Notes under the pieces: generated by a model | Seen by the model: only the letters and a program-made list of their open reading frames with translations | Databases searched by the model: none | Told to the model about the DNA's origin: nothing | Program-made: the position numbers and the translations under genes | NCBI GenBank assembly: GCA_964547985.1 | Contig: CAZJPV010000003.1 | Coordinates: 21,003 to 85,002 of the forward strand | Source of the DNA: an uncultured Syntrophaceae bacterium | GTDB lineage: Bacteria; Desulfobacterota; Syntrophia; Syntrophales; UBA2192 | Length of the DNA: 64,000 nucleotides | Reading direction: 5' to 3' | Part shown: piece by piece, positions 1 to 12,397 of the stretch | How the letters are laid out: every line of letters starts with the position of its first letter | Position numbering within the stretch: the first letter of the stretch is position 1

Positions 1-602
1 ATCGCATGGCAGAGGGCATCGACGCCCGTCGCCGCCGTCGGTTGCGGCGGAAGGGAGAGGGTCAGGGTTGGATCGAGGAGGGCCAGCGTGGGATACAGGT
101 AGGGGCTGTTCATACCCTCCTTCTTGTTCAGGTTTTTGCGGAGAAAAACGGCCGTAAAGGTCACCTCGCTCCCGGTACCCGCCGTGGTCGGAACCATAAT
201 GGTGGGCAGTCCCGGCCCGGGGACCTTGTTGAGCCCGAGAAAATCAGCTGCCCGGCCCTTGTTCGGGAGAAGGGCCGCGATGGCCTTTGCGACGTCCATG
301 GCGCTGCCACCGCCGATCCCGACGACGACATCACATTTGCCCCGGCGGGCGCTCTCCGTCCCTTCATCGGCCAGTTCCAGCAGGGGTTCCGGCTCCACCT
401 TGTCGAAGAAAACGGCCTTGAGAGAATCCTTGGCAAGGACCGCCAGCGCGCGCTCACGGAAGCCGGACTTCGATAGATTCTTGTCGAGAACAATGAGCGG
501 TCTTCGCCCGCCCAGTTCCTTCACGTGATCGGCAAGGCTTTCAAAGGAGGCGCACCCGAAAACGATTTTTTTTGCCCCCGTGAACGAAAAAGTCTTTTTC
601 AT
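1..602 (-). CDS. iron-containing alcohol dehydrogenase, N-terminal part (gene runs off the left edge)
   Basis: Hand translation of the minus strand from ATG at 602..600 gives MKKTFSFTGAKKIVFGCASFESLADHVKELGGRRPLIVLDKNL...VVVGIGGGSAMDVAKAI...PTTAGTGSEVT. GGGSxxD and TTAGTGSE are typical Fe-ADH motifs. The ORF is open to base 1, so it is absent from the ORF track. The + strand ORFs at 6..528 are its shadows. Confidence 0.8.
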   Translation of the reverse strand, partial: MKKTFSFTGAKKIVFGCASFESLADHVKELGGRRPLIVLDKNLSKSGFRERALAVLAKDSLKAVFFDKVEPEPLLELADEGTESARRGKCDVVVGIGGGSAMDVAKAIAALLPNKGRAADFLGLNKVPGPGLPTIMVPTTAGTGSEVTFTAVFLRKNLNKKEGMNSPYLYPTLALLDPTLTLSLPPQPTAATGVDALCHA

Positions 603-736
603 CTGCCTTTTCCCTTGGTCTACCTGGAGGATGAAAGGTTTGTAAGCAACCGATGTATTCACACACACGCGGACCGGTTCATGTCCGTGCACTTTCCGCC
701 GTTTCACGAACTAATAAGTTTTCCACCCCGAGAAAG

Positions 737-1486
737 TCAAGCTTTTTTGTCCTTTACGTACCAGTCGATCTGGCGGCAAAGTCCCCGGATCATCTTCACA
801 TCCCGGGAGCGAAGATCAACCCGCGAGAAAAAGCGCCGGACGTTCTGCATCCAGTACTCGGGGTTCTGGGGGTTGATGAACCCTATTCGAACAAAGAGAT
901 CCTTGATCTGGATGTACATTCCTTCCAGTTCCGCCGACATGGCCAGGCGCGGCTTGAACTGCTCGGGTACGGCCGTCGAGGCAAGCAAGATTTCGTAGCA
1001 GACGATCAGGACGGCGTGCGAGAGGTTCAGGGATCTGAGCTTCTCCGAGGTTGGGATGGCGATGAGGGCGCGACAGTAACGCAGTTCATCGTTCGTGAGG
1101 CCGATGTCCTCGGGGCCGAAGAGAATGGCCACCTTGTTCTTCTGCGAAACGTCCACAAGCGTTCTGGCGACCTCCCGTGGACTTCCGGAGGGCTGGCGCA
1201 TGGAGCCGGTCCTGGAGGTGGTCCCCACAACGCAGTGAAAACCGCCGAGCGCCTTATCGAGGCTATCAACAAACCGGATCCGTTCAACGACATCGAGGGC
1301 CAGATGAGTCGACATCTGCCGGATCTTTTCCATATCGGGAGCCTCACGGGTCACAACGATGACATTCTCCATCCCCATGTTCTTCGCACAGCGGGCAACA
1401 GAACCGATGTTTCCCGCGTGTTTGGGTTTGTTGAGAACAAGGGTGATATTCTTTTTTCTGGCCTTGAGCGGTTCCATGTTTTTCAT
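737..1486 (-). CDS. trmJ: SpoU/TrmH-class RNA 2'-O-methyltransferase, TrmJ-like
   Basis: 249 aa. The N-terminus ITLVLNKPKHAGNIGSVARCAKNMG and the later ILFGPEDIGL / IPT...SLNLSHAV are SPOUT methyltransferase motifs. The C-terminal extension is as in TrmJ. Confidence 0.8.
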   Translation of the reverse strand: MKNMEPLKARKKNITLVLNKPKHAGNIGSVARCAKNMGMENVIVVTREAPDMEKIRQMSTHLALDVVERIRFVDSLDKALGGFHCVVGTTSRTGSMRQPSGSPREVARTLVDVSQKNKVAILFGPEDIGLTNDELRYCRALIAIPTSEKLRSLNLSHAVLIVCYEILLASTAVPEQFKPRLAMSAELEGMYIQIKDLFVRIGFINPQNPEYWMQNVRRFFSRVDLRSRDVKMIRGLCRQIDWYVKDKKA

Positions 1487-1549
1487 TGCCCTCCCGTATC
1501 GCCTCTGCTATTTATCCTCACAATCGTCCGTCGAGGAAATCCAGAATTG

Positions 1550-2257
1550 ATGTCCCCTCCCGCAAAAGTAAAGGGCCTTGCAGAACTCCTTTCAGGCTCC
1601 TCCGGCCTCACCGGCCTCACGCCCGGGGATAAGGAAATTTCACTCCTGGAATCATACAGGAAGGAGATCCTTTTCTGGAACAACAAAATGAACCTGGTCT
1701 CCGTCAAGTCCCCTCTCGATATTCCGGTGAAACACTTCATCGATTCTCTAACGGCTGCTCCCTATCTCCCCCGGAAAGACGTCGCGGTGCTGGACATCGG
1801 CGCCGGTGCGGGATTTCCGGGCATCCCGTTGAAAATCTGCATGGGCGCCCTGAAGCTCTGTCTTCTCGAGTCCCAGCGGAAAAAGGCATCCTTTCTCAAG
1901 CACCTTGTCCGTACGCTCGATCTCCATGACGTCACCGTCGTCCACAAACGGGCGGAGGACCTTATTCGTGAAGGGTCTTACAGGGAATTCTTCGATACAG
2001 TGATCTCCCGGGCCACTTTGAAACTCCCGAAGCTTCTCGGGATGGGCAATCATTTCCTCTCCGCCGGTGGCATCCTTATCGCGATGAAGGGTGCCGACGT
2101 TGAAAAGGAACTGCGTGACGCCCTCACGTTCTGCCCATCGAACCGCATGGTCTTTGTTGACAGCCACGCGCTCTCTCTTCCCGAAACGGCCGACCGGCGA
2201 AAAATTCTTGTCTTTAAAAAAACGTGGCCTCCGGGTCTCTCCGGGACCCCCTTCTAG
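1550..2257 (+). CDS. rsmG: 16S rRNA (guanine527-N7)-methyltransferase RsmG (GidB)
   Basis: This is the C-terminal 235 codons of the 653..2257 ORF, starting at ATG 1550 (MSPPAKV...). The SAM motif is VLDIGAGAGFPGIPLKI. The upstream 299 codons are antisense to trmJ and were rejected. Its position next to parAB is classical. Confidence 0.85.
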   Translation: MSPPAKVKGLAELLSGSSGLTGLTPGDKEISLLESYRKEILFWNNKMNLVSVKSPLDIPVKHFIDSLTAAPYLPRKDVAVLDIGAGAGFPGIPLKICMGALKLCLLESQRKKASFLKHLVRTLDLHDVTVVHKRAEDLIREGSYREFFDTVISRATLKLPKLLGMGNHFLSAGGILIAMKGADVEKELRDALTFCPSNRMVFVDSHALSLPETADRRKILVFKKTWPPGLSGTPF

Positions 2258-2308
2258 TCGGTCGATTTTGCTGTGCTTTACCCCCCCGAGTCCCCGCCCC
2301 GGCAGCCT

Positions 2309-2317
2309 GTGGATAAC
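2309..2317 (-). promoter_or_regulatory. perfect DnaA box (TGTGGATAA = reverse complement of TTATCCACA)
   Basis: Exact 9/9 match read in the rsmG-parA spacer. A very AT-rich stretch (about 2335-2388) follows. Confidence 0.5.
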
Positions 2318-2389
2318 TCGGGGTTGGCCGGATCGAAAAATTTTATTTAAGTATCTGTAATTATTAGATATTATTTTTTAAATTTCCCT

Positions 2390-2417
2390 TTGACAAAACA
2401 CTTTTTTGTGCTAGCAT
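2390..2417 (+). promoter_or_regulatory. sigma70-like promoter candidate for parAB
   Basis: TTGACA (2390-2395), a 16-nt spacer, then TAGCAT (2412-2417). An A/T-rich UP-like tract lies upstream and parA starts about 50 nt downstream. Confidence 0.3.
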
Positions 2418-2466
2418 CGCCGCAAAATTACACCCAGCCACAACCGATTCCCGATCAGAAAAAATA

Positions 2467-3237
2467 ATGAGCAAAATTATTACGATCGCCAACCAGAAAG
2501 GCGGGGTGGGTAAAACCACGACGGCTATCAACCTGTCGGCGTCCCTTGCCACGTCGGAAAAAAAGATCCTTCTCATCGACTGCGATCCTCAGGGAAACAC
2601 GACAAGCGGTATCGGCATCGATAAAGCCGTCACCAAGGAAAAAAATCTGTACCGGGCCCTGATCGGGGAGGTCTCACTGGAAAAAGTCATCACCAAAACG
2701 CTAATCTCGACGCTCGACGTGGTTCCGTCGAACCAGGACCTCATCGGCGTCGAGGTAGAATTTGTCACGATGGAGGACCGGGAAAGAAAGCTGAAAAACG
2801 TCCTGAAAGGTCTGCGAAGCCCATACGATTTTATTATCATCGACTGCCCGCCCTCCCTGGGGTTCTTGACCATCAACTCTCTCGTGGCGGCGGACTTTCT
2901 CATCATCCCTCTTCAGTGCGAATACTTCGCCATGGAGGGGTTGGGGCAGCTCCTGAACACGGTGAGGCTGGTAAAAGCGAGGCTCAACCCGTCGTTGTCG
3001 CTCCAGGGAATTCTTCTCACCATGTTCGACGTGAGAAACCGGCTGTCACACCGGGTAGCCGAAGAGGTGAGGAAGCACTTCGGTGAGAGAGTTTTCAGGA
3101 CGATTATCCCGAGAAACGTGCGTCTTTCGGAAAGTCCGAGCCACGGCATGCCCGTTCTCCTCTACGACGTCAACTCGCGCGGGGCCATATCCTACATGGA
3201 ACTGGCCCACGAAATCCTATCAAACGGGAGGATTTAA
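2467..3237 (+). CDS. parA: chromosome partitioning ATPase ParA/Soj
   Basis: Deviant Walker A IANQKGGVGKTTTAINLSA. 256 aa, immediately followed by parB. Confidence 0.95.
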   Translation: MSKIITIANQKGGVGKTTTAINLSASLATSEKKILLIDCDPQGNTTSGIGIDKAVTKEKNLYRALIGEVSLEKVITKTLISTLDVVPSNQDLIGVEVEFVTMEDRERKLKNVLKGLRSPYDFIIIDCPPSLGFLTINSLVAADFLIIPLQCEYFAMEGLGQLLNTVRLVKARLNPSLSLQGILLTMFDVRNRLSHRVAEEVRKHFGERVFRTIIPRNVRLSESPSHGMPVLLYDVNSRGAISYMELAHEILSNGRI

Positions 3238-4083
3238 ATGCCGGCAAAAGAATCTCTGGGAAAGGGACTGGGGGCCTTACTGCCCGACATTCTCGGCGAG
3301 GTCACAGAACGGGCAAACTACCTCGTCTGCGGGATTGAAGAGCTTGTTCCGAACCGTTACCAGTCCAGAAAGGAATTTGACGGCGAAGAGCAAAGGAATC
3401 TCGTGACCTCCATCCGGAAAAGCGGGATTATTCAGCCTATTGTCGTCCGCAGACTCGAGAATGGCTTCGAGATCATCGCCGGTGAACGCCGATGGCGGGC
3501 AGCCCAGGAAGCGGGGCTGAAGGAAGTTCCCATTATCGTCCGTGAAGCCCAGGACCTGGATATGGCTGAAATCTCTCTCATTGAAAACATCCAGCGATCG
3601 GATCTGAACCCCATCGAGGAGGCCGAGGCCTTCCTGACGCTCATGGAGAAATTCGGCCTGTCCCACGAGGAGATCTCGGCACGGGTGGGAAAGGACCGTA
3701 CGACCGTCACCAACGCCGTCCGGCTGCTGAAACTGACCCCGGAGGTCCGGGAGGCCCTTTCAAAGAAACAACTCACGGCCGGCCATGCCAGGGCGCTCCT
3801 GTCTCTATCCTCCGCGGCGGAACAGGTCCGGCTTCTCCGGGATATCTTGAATAAAGGCCTGAACGTCCGGGAAACGGAACTTCTGGTCCGGGGGCTTAGA
3901 AAAAAGGCCTCTCAGACCCGGAAAGCGATCAAAGATGAGCAACTGGCCTATCTGGAGGGGAAGCTTTCGAGGAGCCTCATGACGAGCGTGCGGATTCGGA
4001 CCGTCAAGAATGGCGGTACCATCGAGATCCGGTTCTCCTCGCCCGACGAGCTCGACAGGCTTCTGCGGTTCCTCCTCCGATGA
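3238..4083 (+). CDS. parB: chromosome partitioning protein ParB/Spo0J
   Basis: ParB-box motifs QPIVVR...IIAGERRWRAA and an HTH region. The start abuts the parA stop. Confidence 0.95.
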   Translation: MPAKESLGKGLGALLPDILGEVTERANYLVCGIEELVPNRYQSRKEFDGEEQRNLVTSIRKSGIIQPIVVRRLENGFEIIAGERRWRAAQEAGLKEVPIIVREAQDLDMAEISLIENIQRSDLNPIEEAEAFLTLMEKFGLSHEEISARVGKDRTTVTNAVRLLKLTPEVREALSKKQLTAGHARALLSLSSAAEQVRLLRDILNKGLNVRETELLVRGLRKKASQTRKAIKDEQLAYLEGKLSRSLMTSVRIRTVKNGGTIEIRFSSPDELDRLLRFLLR

Positions 4084-4245
4084 TCGGGTAATACGAGAGT
4101 TTGTTCTTTTAGAAGTTCTTCTGCCGGGGTTTTAAATGGTTTTTCGCAAACAAATCTTTTGCTTATATGTATTCTGTCTGTAATGGGTACAAGCTGTGCG
4201 ATTTATCAACAAATGTTCACAACCTTGTGTATAAGGTAGGAATCC

Positions 4246-5601
4246 TTGGAACACATCTGGGAAAAAAGCCTTATATTTATTAAGGAAAAAGTTACGCAGC
4301 AAAATTTCGAGACCTGGATCAGCCCCCTCAAGGTCTGCGCTCTTGAAGGCACAACCTGCCAGCTATCGGTGCCCAACAAGTTTTTCAAGGATTGGTTAAC
4401 AGAAAATTATACGGAAATCATCAAGGCTTCCGTATCCAAGGCCAATGGGATGGACATGAAAATTGCTTTTGTTGTGGATAAATCCCCCCCCGAAAAGGGT
4501 GCGGTACCCGAAGAGAGAGAGACGGAAACACAGAGAAAGCCCCCCAAAAAGAGCGATTTGACGAAACTCCGTATTCACCAGTCCCTGAAGCCGAATTACA
4601 GTTTTGACCGTTTCGTCGTGGGACCGAGTAACCAGTTCGCCCATGCGGCGGCACTTGCGGTCGCCGAGCAACCGGCCAGCAACTACAATCCCCTGTTTAT
4701 CTACGGCGGAGTCGGTCTCGGAAAAACCCACCTGTTGAACGCCATCGGCATCCAAACCCTCGCCCTCCACTCGGACAAGAACGTCCTTTACGTATCCGCC
4801 GAGGAGTTCATGAACGAGATGATTAACTCCATCCGATATGACAGGATGCCGAAATTCCGGGAAAAATACCGGAACATTGATTCGCTGCTGATAGACGACA
4901 TCCAGTTCATCGCAGGAAAGGAGAGAACCCAGGAGGAATTTTTTCATACCTTCAACACCCTCCACGATTCTGGCAAGCAGATCGTCGTCACAAGCGACAG
5001 GTTCCCTAAGGATATTCCGAACCTCGAGGGGAGACTGAGATCCCGTTTTGAGTGGGGGCTCATCGCCGACATCCAGCACCCTGACGTGGAAACAAAGATT
5101 GCCATTGTGATGAAAAAGGCCCAGGAAAACAACATCACCATTCACCAGAACGTGGCCTACTACATTGCCTCAAAGTCGGAGTCCAACATACGGGAACTGG
5201 AGGGGTTCCTCATCCGGATTGGAGCCTACGCCTCGCTGACGGGAAGAGAAATCAACATGGATCTCGTGAAGGAGGTTTTGAAAAAGTTCTTCAAACAGGG
5301 TGAAAAACGGGAGACGACCATCGACGAGATCGTCAAGACAGTGGCCGGTAAATTCAACATCAAGATATCAGAACTGAAATCACAGAAGAAAAACAAGAAT
5401 CTCGTCATTCCCAGGCAGATTGCCATGTATCTGTCCCGGAAACTGACCAACCTTTCTTTTCCGGATATTGGTGCCAAGATCGGCGGCAAGGATCACTCCA
5501 CCGTCATATATGCAACAAACAAGGTCAGGGAGCTTTTGGACAGGGATCCGAAGATGATGGCTTCCGTCAGAGAAATCGAAGATATGCTCAACAGGGACTA
5601 A
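4246..5601 (+). CDS. dnaA: chromosomal replication initiator DnaA
   Basis: 451 aa with a TTG start. AAA+ Walker A GGVGLGKTHL, a sensor region, and the C-terminal DNA-binding signature IGGKDHSTVIYA. Confidence 0.97.
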   Translation: MEHIWEKSLIFIKEKVTQQNFETWISPLKVCALEGTTCQLSVPNKFFKDWLTENYTEIIKASVSKANGMDMKIAFVVDKSPPEKGAVPEERETETQRKPPKKSDLTKLRIHQSLKPNYSFDRFVVGPSNQFAHAAALAVAEQPASNYNPLFIYGGVGLGKTHLLNAIGIQTLALHSDKNVLYVSAEEFMNEMINSIRYDRMPKFREKYRNIDSLLIDDIQFIAGKERTQEEFFHTFNTLHDSGKQIVVTSDRFPKDIPNLEGRLRSRFEWGLIADIQHPDVETKIAIVMKKAQENNITIHQNVAYYIASKSESNIRELEGFLIRIGAYASLTGREINMDLVKEVLKKFFKQGEKRETTIDEIVKTVAGKFNIKISELKSQKKNKNLVIPRQIAMYLSRKLTNLSFPDIGAKIGGKDHSTVIYATNKVRELLDRDPKMMASVREIEDMLNRD

Positions 5602-5780
5602 CAACATATTATAACGCTCTATCCACAATTTGTTACTCGTAGAGACGGCAAATTATTAAAAAAAGTTTTTTATGCACAGATTCACAAGCCCTACTACTAA
5701 TCCTAATATTCTTTTAATTAATATATTGTAGTATAAGTATAGCTGTGGACTAAACATTTCAAGAAAAGGAAGGGATCGAG
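5602..5780. other. candidate oriC: DnaA-box cluster plus AT-rich unwinding region in the dnaA-dnaN spacer
   Basis: cTATCCACA at 5619-5627 (8/9). TTATGCACA at 5670-5678 (fits TTATNCACA). agATTCACA at 5678-5686 and TGTGGActa at 5744-5752 are weaker (7/9). A strongly AT-rich tract lies at about 5689-5742. Confidence 0.55.
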
Positions 5781-6899
5781 ATGGAATTCAATCTGAAAAG
5801 AGACGTTTTCCTGGGTGGCGTACAGAGAACACTGGGGGTTGTGGATCGAAGGACGACCATGCCGATCCTCAACAATGTTCTCATTAAGACGGATAGCGAT
5901 AAGATTAAAATTGTGGCGACGGATCGTGAAATCGGTCTTATTGCCGATTACGAGGCCAGGGTTGTCACAGGCGGCGAAATAACGGTAGCGGCGAGAAAAC
6001 TATTTGAAATATTGAGAGAAATGCAGGGGGAACTCGTTCATTTCAAGATGGACGATTCTAACTGGATCCGAATGACCTGTGGAAAGTCGAGTTTCAAAAT
6101 CGCGGGGATGCCTGCGGAGGAGTATCCCAAGGTCCTGGACGATGAGGGGATCCTCTACGTCAAGATGAAAGGGCAGGTGTTTTCCGACATGATCAGCCAG
6201 ACCTTCTTCGCTATGTCGGCGGATGAGACGCGTATCAACCTTAACGGTGTCCTGCTGAAAACAGAGCGCGAAGGGAACAGGATCGATCTGAATATGGTGG
6301 CCACCGACGGGCACCGTCTCGCCATGGTGAGCATACAGCCTGGCATGGAAGCATCGCCGGAGCTGGAACAAGGCATCATCATCCCGAGGAAAGGCATCAA
6401 CGAGATCCGGAAACTCGTGGATGACGGCGAGGAGGAGATCGAGTTCGGTGCGAAGAAGGGCGTCTGCGTCCTCAAGAAAAACAACGTCGTCCTGAAGGTG
6501 AGCCTCATCGACGCGGAGTATCCTGACTACAAACGCGTCATCCCGAAGGACAAGGGGGTAACCCTAGAGCTGGAAAAGGACACCATGATCCATGCGCTTC
6601 GTCGAATGAATGTCATGTCGAGCGAGCGTTACAGTGGCGTAAAAATGAAACTGTTCGAAAACAGGATGGTACTGAATTCTACCAACCCCGATGTGGGAGA
6701 AGCCCAGGACGAGATCGAGGTGGCTTACAAGGAAAAGGAAGCCGAGGTAGGTTTCAATGTCAGGTACCTGCTGGAAGGCATCGAGGCGGTCCACGAAAAG
6801 AAGTTTCTCCTCGAGTTGAGGAATGGCCTGAGGCCTGCCGTTGTGAAACCCCAGGAAGAGCAGCGGTACATGTGCGTCATCATGCCGCTCAAGATATGA
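5781..6899 (+). CDS. dnaN: DNA polymerase III beta sliding clamp
   Basis: 372 aa. Canonical position after dnaA, and the three-domain clamp length fits. The sequence ends with ...MCVIMPLKI. Confidence 0.97.
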   Translation: MEFNLKRDVFLGGVQRTLGVVDRRTTMPILNNVLIKTDSDKIKIVATDREIGLIADYEARVVTGGEITVAARKLFEILREMQGELVHFKMDDSNWIRMTCGKSSFKIAGMPAEEYPKVLDDEGILYVKMKGQVFSDMISQTFFAMSADETRINLNGVLLKTEREGNRIDLNMVATDGHRLAMVSIQPGMEASPELEQGIIIPRKGINEIRKLVDDGEEEIEFGAKKGVCVLKKNNVVLKVSLIDAEYPDYKRVIPKDKGVTLELEKDTMIHALRRMNVMSSERYSGVKMKLFENRMVLNSTNPDVGEAQDEIEVAYKEKEAEVGFNVRYLLEGIEAVHEKKFLLELRNGLRPAVVKPQEEQRYMCVIMPLKI

Positions 6900-9332
<2,433 letters not shown>

Positions 9333-9451
9333 TCTCATGATCCCATCCAGACGCGAGACGCGGTAACGTTCATCCCCCAGCCCCCAGGATCATTGAAGGA
9401 AAGGAAATTTCCAGAGGAACAGACAGATAGAAGAGGAGCACGTGCACAGCT

Positions 9452-11947
9452 ATGGAACAGATGTACCAGAGGAATCTTCCGGTAAACATAGAAGATGAGA
9501 TGAAAAAATCGTACATGGATTACGCCATGAGCGTGATCATGGGCCGGGCCATCCCCGACGCCCGGGATGGGCTTAAGCCCGTACACCGTAGGGTACTCTA
9601 TGCCATGTACGAAATGGGGAACCGGTACAACAGGCCCTACAAAAAATCCGCGCGAATCGTCGGCGACATCATCGGAAAGTACCATCCCCATGGGGACGCC
9701 GCCGCCTACGACACGATCGTTAGGATGGCTCAGGATTTCTCCATGCGCTATGTCCTGATCGACGGCCAGGGCAATTTCGGCTCTGTCGACGGCGATCCGC
9801 CGGCGGCGATGCGTTACACGGAAATCCGGATGTCCCGGATTGCCGACGAGCTTCTCGCCGACCTGGAGAAGGAAACCGTAAATTTCGTGCCCAACTACGA
9901 CGACTCCCTCACGGAGCCGACGGTCCTTCCGGCGAAGGCGCCCTTCCTCCTCCTGAACGGGACGTCCGGCATTGCCGTGGGTGTGACAACAAACATCCCG
10001 CCCCACAATCTGGGCGAGGTCGTGGACGGGACGATCGCCCTTGTTCGAAACCCCGAGATCACCATTCAGCAGCTTCTCAAGCACGTCCAGGGACCGGATT
10101 TCCCGACGGCCGGTTTCATCAACGGCCGCGAAGGCATCATCCAGGCCTACACGACGGGGCGGGGGTCGATTCGGATGAGGGCCAGGGCGCTCATCGAGCG
10201 CAACGCCCGCAGTGACCGGGAGAGTATTATCATCACGGAGATTCCCTACCAGGTCAACAAAGCCAATCTCATTGAAAAGATCTCCGACCTTGTCAGGGAC
10301 AAGAAGGTAACGGGCATAGCCGACCTTCGTGATGAATCGGACCGCGATGGCATCCGCATCGTCGTCGACCTGCGGAAGGACGAGGTGGCGGGTATCGTGC
10401 TGAACCAGCTTTTCAAACACACCCAGATGGAGTCCACCTTCGGGATCATCATGCTGGCTATCGACAACGGCCAGCCCAGGATTTTCAACCTCAAGGAGCT
10501 TCTCCAGCGGTTCATCGACTTCCGGAAGGAGGTCATCACCAAACGCACAATCTTCGAGTTGGGGAAGGCGAGCGAGCGGGCCCACATCCTCGAGGGTCTG
10601 ATCAAGGCGCTCGAGAACATCGACCGGGTGATCGCAGTCATCAAGGCCTCGAAGAACCCCGAGGAGGCTGCGACAGCCCTGATGGCAAAGTTCGGCCTCT
10701 CGGAAGTTCAGGCAAAGGCCATCTTGGACATGAGACTCCAGAGACTCACGGGGCTCGAGAGGGAAAAGATTGTCTCCGAGCACGACGAGCTGGTCAAGCT
10801 GATCAAGAAACTCAAGGAGATCCTCGCCGATCCGCAGAAGGTCCTCGACATCATCGTGGAAGAACTCGAGGACATCAAGAAGCGCTATGGTGATGAGCGC
10901 CGGACCGAGATTGTCGCCTCCACCGAAGACATCGACATCGAGGATCTCATCGTCGAAGAAGACATGGTCGTGACCGTCTCGCATCAAGATTATATTAAGA
11001 GAAACGCCGCCAGCCTCTACCGCATCCAGAGGAGGGGAGGCCGGGGCAAGGTCGGTATGGGGACCAAGGAAGAGGATTTTGTGGAGCATATCTTCATCGC
11101 CTCAACCCACAGCTACATCCTGATCTTCACCGACCAGGGCCGGGTCCACTGGCTGAAGGTGTACCAGGTTCCGCAGGCGGGCCGGGCGGCGAAGGGGAAG
11201 GCCATTGTCAACCTCATCAACATCGGGGAAAAAGAAAAGGTGGCCGCGATTCTTTCGGTAAAGGATTTCGAACCCGGGAAGTACGTCGTCATGGTCACGA
11301 GAAAGGGGATCATCAAGAAGACCGAGTTGGAGGCCTTCTCGAACCCTCGATCCGGCGGCATCATCGCCATCACAATCGACGAGGGAGATGTCCTCATCGA
11401 TGTCAAACAGACTCTCGGTGACCAGGAGATTTTCCTCGGGACCAAAAAGGGGATGGCCATTCGCTTCAAGGAAGACGATGTGAGAGCCATGGGGAGAACG
11501 GCCATGGGGGTCATCGGCATCCGGATGGATGAAGATGACGAACTCGTGGGCATGGAAATCCTCACCGAAGGGAACACCATCCTGACGGCCTCCGAGCGCG
11601 GGTACGGCAAGCGCACCGAGGTGGCCGAGTACAGGCTCCAGTCGAGGGGCGGCAAGGGCATCATCAACATCAGGACGACAGAGAAGATCGGCTTCGTCGC
11701 CGGCATCAAGCAGGTGACCGGCGAGGAGGATATCATGCTGATCAGCAATACCGGCAACATCATCCGGCTGCGGGTTGCTGATCTTCCCGTCCTCCACCGC
11801 AGTACCCAGGGCGTCCGCCTCATCGAGCTGGGATCCGAGGAGAGCCTCGTGGGCATCGCCCGCGTCGAGCGAGAGGCTGAAAGCAAGGAAGAGGAGACCG
11901 CCGAAGACGACACGGCCCCTGAGGAAACGGAAGGTGAAGACAGTTGA
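9452..11947 (+). CDS. gyrA: DNA gyrase subunit A
   Basis: 831 aa. Active-site region AAMRYTE and the QRDR-like [13 protein letters not shown]. It has beta-pinwheel CTD repeats and an acidic tail. Confidence 0.98.
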   Translation: MEQMYQRNLPVNIEDEMKKSYMDYAMSVIMGRAIPDARDGLKPVHRRVLYAMYEMGNRYNRPYKKSARIVGDIIGKYHPHGDAAAYDTIVRMAQDFSMRYVLIDGQGNFGSVDGDPPAAMRYTEIRMSRIADELLADLEKETVNFVPNYDDSLTEPTVLPAKAPFLLLNGTSGIAVGVTTNIPPHNLGEVVDGTIALVRNPEITIQQLLKHVQGPDFPTAGFINGREGIIQAYTTGRGSIRMRARALIERNARSDRESIIITEIPYQVNKANLIEKISDLVRDKKVTGIADLRDESDRDGIRIVVDLRKDEVAGIVLNQLFKHTQMESTFGIIMLAIDNGQPRIFNLKELLQRFIDFRKEVITKRTIFELGKASERAHILEGLIKALENIDRVIAVIKASKNPEEAATALMAKFGLSEVQAKAILDMRLQRLTGLEREKIVSEHDELVKLIKKLKEILADPQKVLDIIVEELEDIKKRYGDERRTEIVASTEDIDIEDLIVEEDMVVTVSHQDYIKRNAASLYRIQRRGGRGKVGMGTKEEDFVEHIFIASTHSYILIFTDQGRVHWLKVYQVPQAGRAAKGKAIVNLINIGEKEKVAAILSVKDFEPGKYVVMVTRKGIIKKTELEAFSNPRSGGIIAITIDEGDVLIDVKQTLGDQEIFLGTKKGMAIRFKEDDVRAMGRTAMGVIGIRMDEDDELVGMEILTEGNTILTASERGYGKRTEVAEYRLQSRGGKGIINIRTTEKIGFVAGIKQVTGEEDIMLISNTGNIIRLRVADLPVLHRSTQGVRLIELGSEESLVGIARVEREAESKEEETAEDDTAPEETEGEDS

Positions 11948-11980
11948 GGCGGACGGATTTCTTTCCGCTCGGTTCAATTC

Positions 11981-12397
11981 ATGAAGACATACAAGCCAAT
12001 CGACCATACCGCTGACCTGCGCATCGAGGTCTTCGGGAAAGACGAAAAAGAGATCTATCAAAACGCGGGGATGGCGGTGCATGACCTGATTGCCGATCTC
12101 CGTCACGTCAAGCCGAAGGAGGTCCGGAAGGTCATCGTTGAAGGGCGGGACCGTGAAGACCTTCTGGTCAATTTTTTGCGGGAAATCCTCTACCTGTACA
12201 ACGGCGAGCACTGGCTCCTGAAAAAGCTCTCCATCGGGAAGATCGGGCGCGGGAAGATCGAAGCGACGCTCAGGGGCGAGGCCTTCGACAGGTCGAGGCA
12301 CAGCCTCAAGCACGAGATCAAGGCGGTGACCTACCACCAGGCCGAGGTGAAAGAAACACCGCGGGGGTGGAAGGCAAGGGTGATATTCGATGTCTGA
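11981..12397 (+). CDS. archease (RtcB activator family)
   Basis: 138 aa. The N-terminal HTADLRIEV motif and the C-terminal KAVTYH are typical of archease. It overlaps the rtcB start by 8 nt. Confidence 0.85.
   Translation: MKTYKPIDHTADLRIEVFGKDEKEIYQNAGMAVHDLIADLRHVKPKEVRKVIVEGRDREDLLVNFLREILYLYNGEHWLLKKLSIGKIGRGKIEATLRGEAFDRSRHSLKHEIKAVTYHQAEVKETPRGWKARVIFDV

Noticed and set aside
653-1549. N-terminal 299 codons of the 534-aa ORF 653..2257.
   Set aside because: They are antisense to the SPOUT methyltransferase gene. RsmG homology begins only at ATG 1550.
9335-11089. 584-aa ORF antisense to gyrA. Similar long antisense ORFs lie at 7509..8435, 11102..12472, 12651..13928, 15049..15618, 27625..28545, 31961..32563 and 35300..35791.
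   Set aside because: They lie opposite genes with unmistakable motifs. Their composition is Arg/Gly/Pro/Asp/His-rich and junk-like, with no recognisable domains. They are typical shadow ORFs of GC-biased coding DNA.
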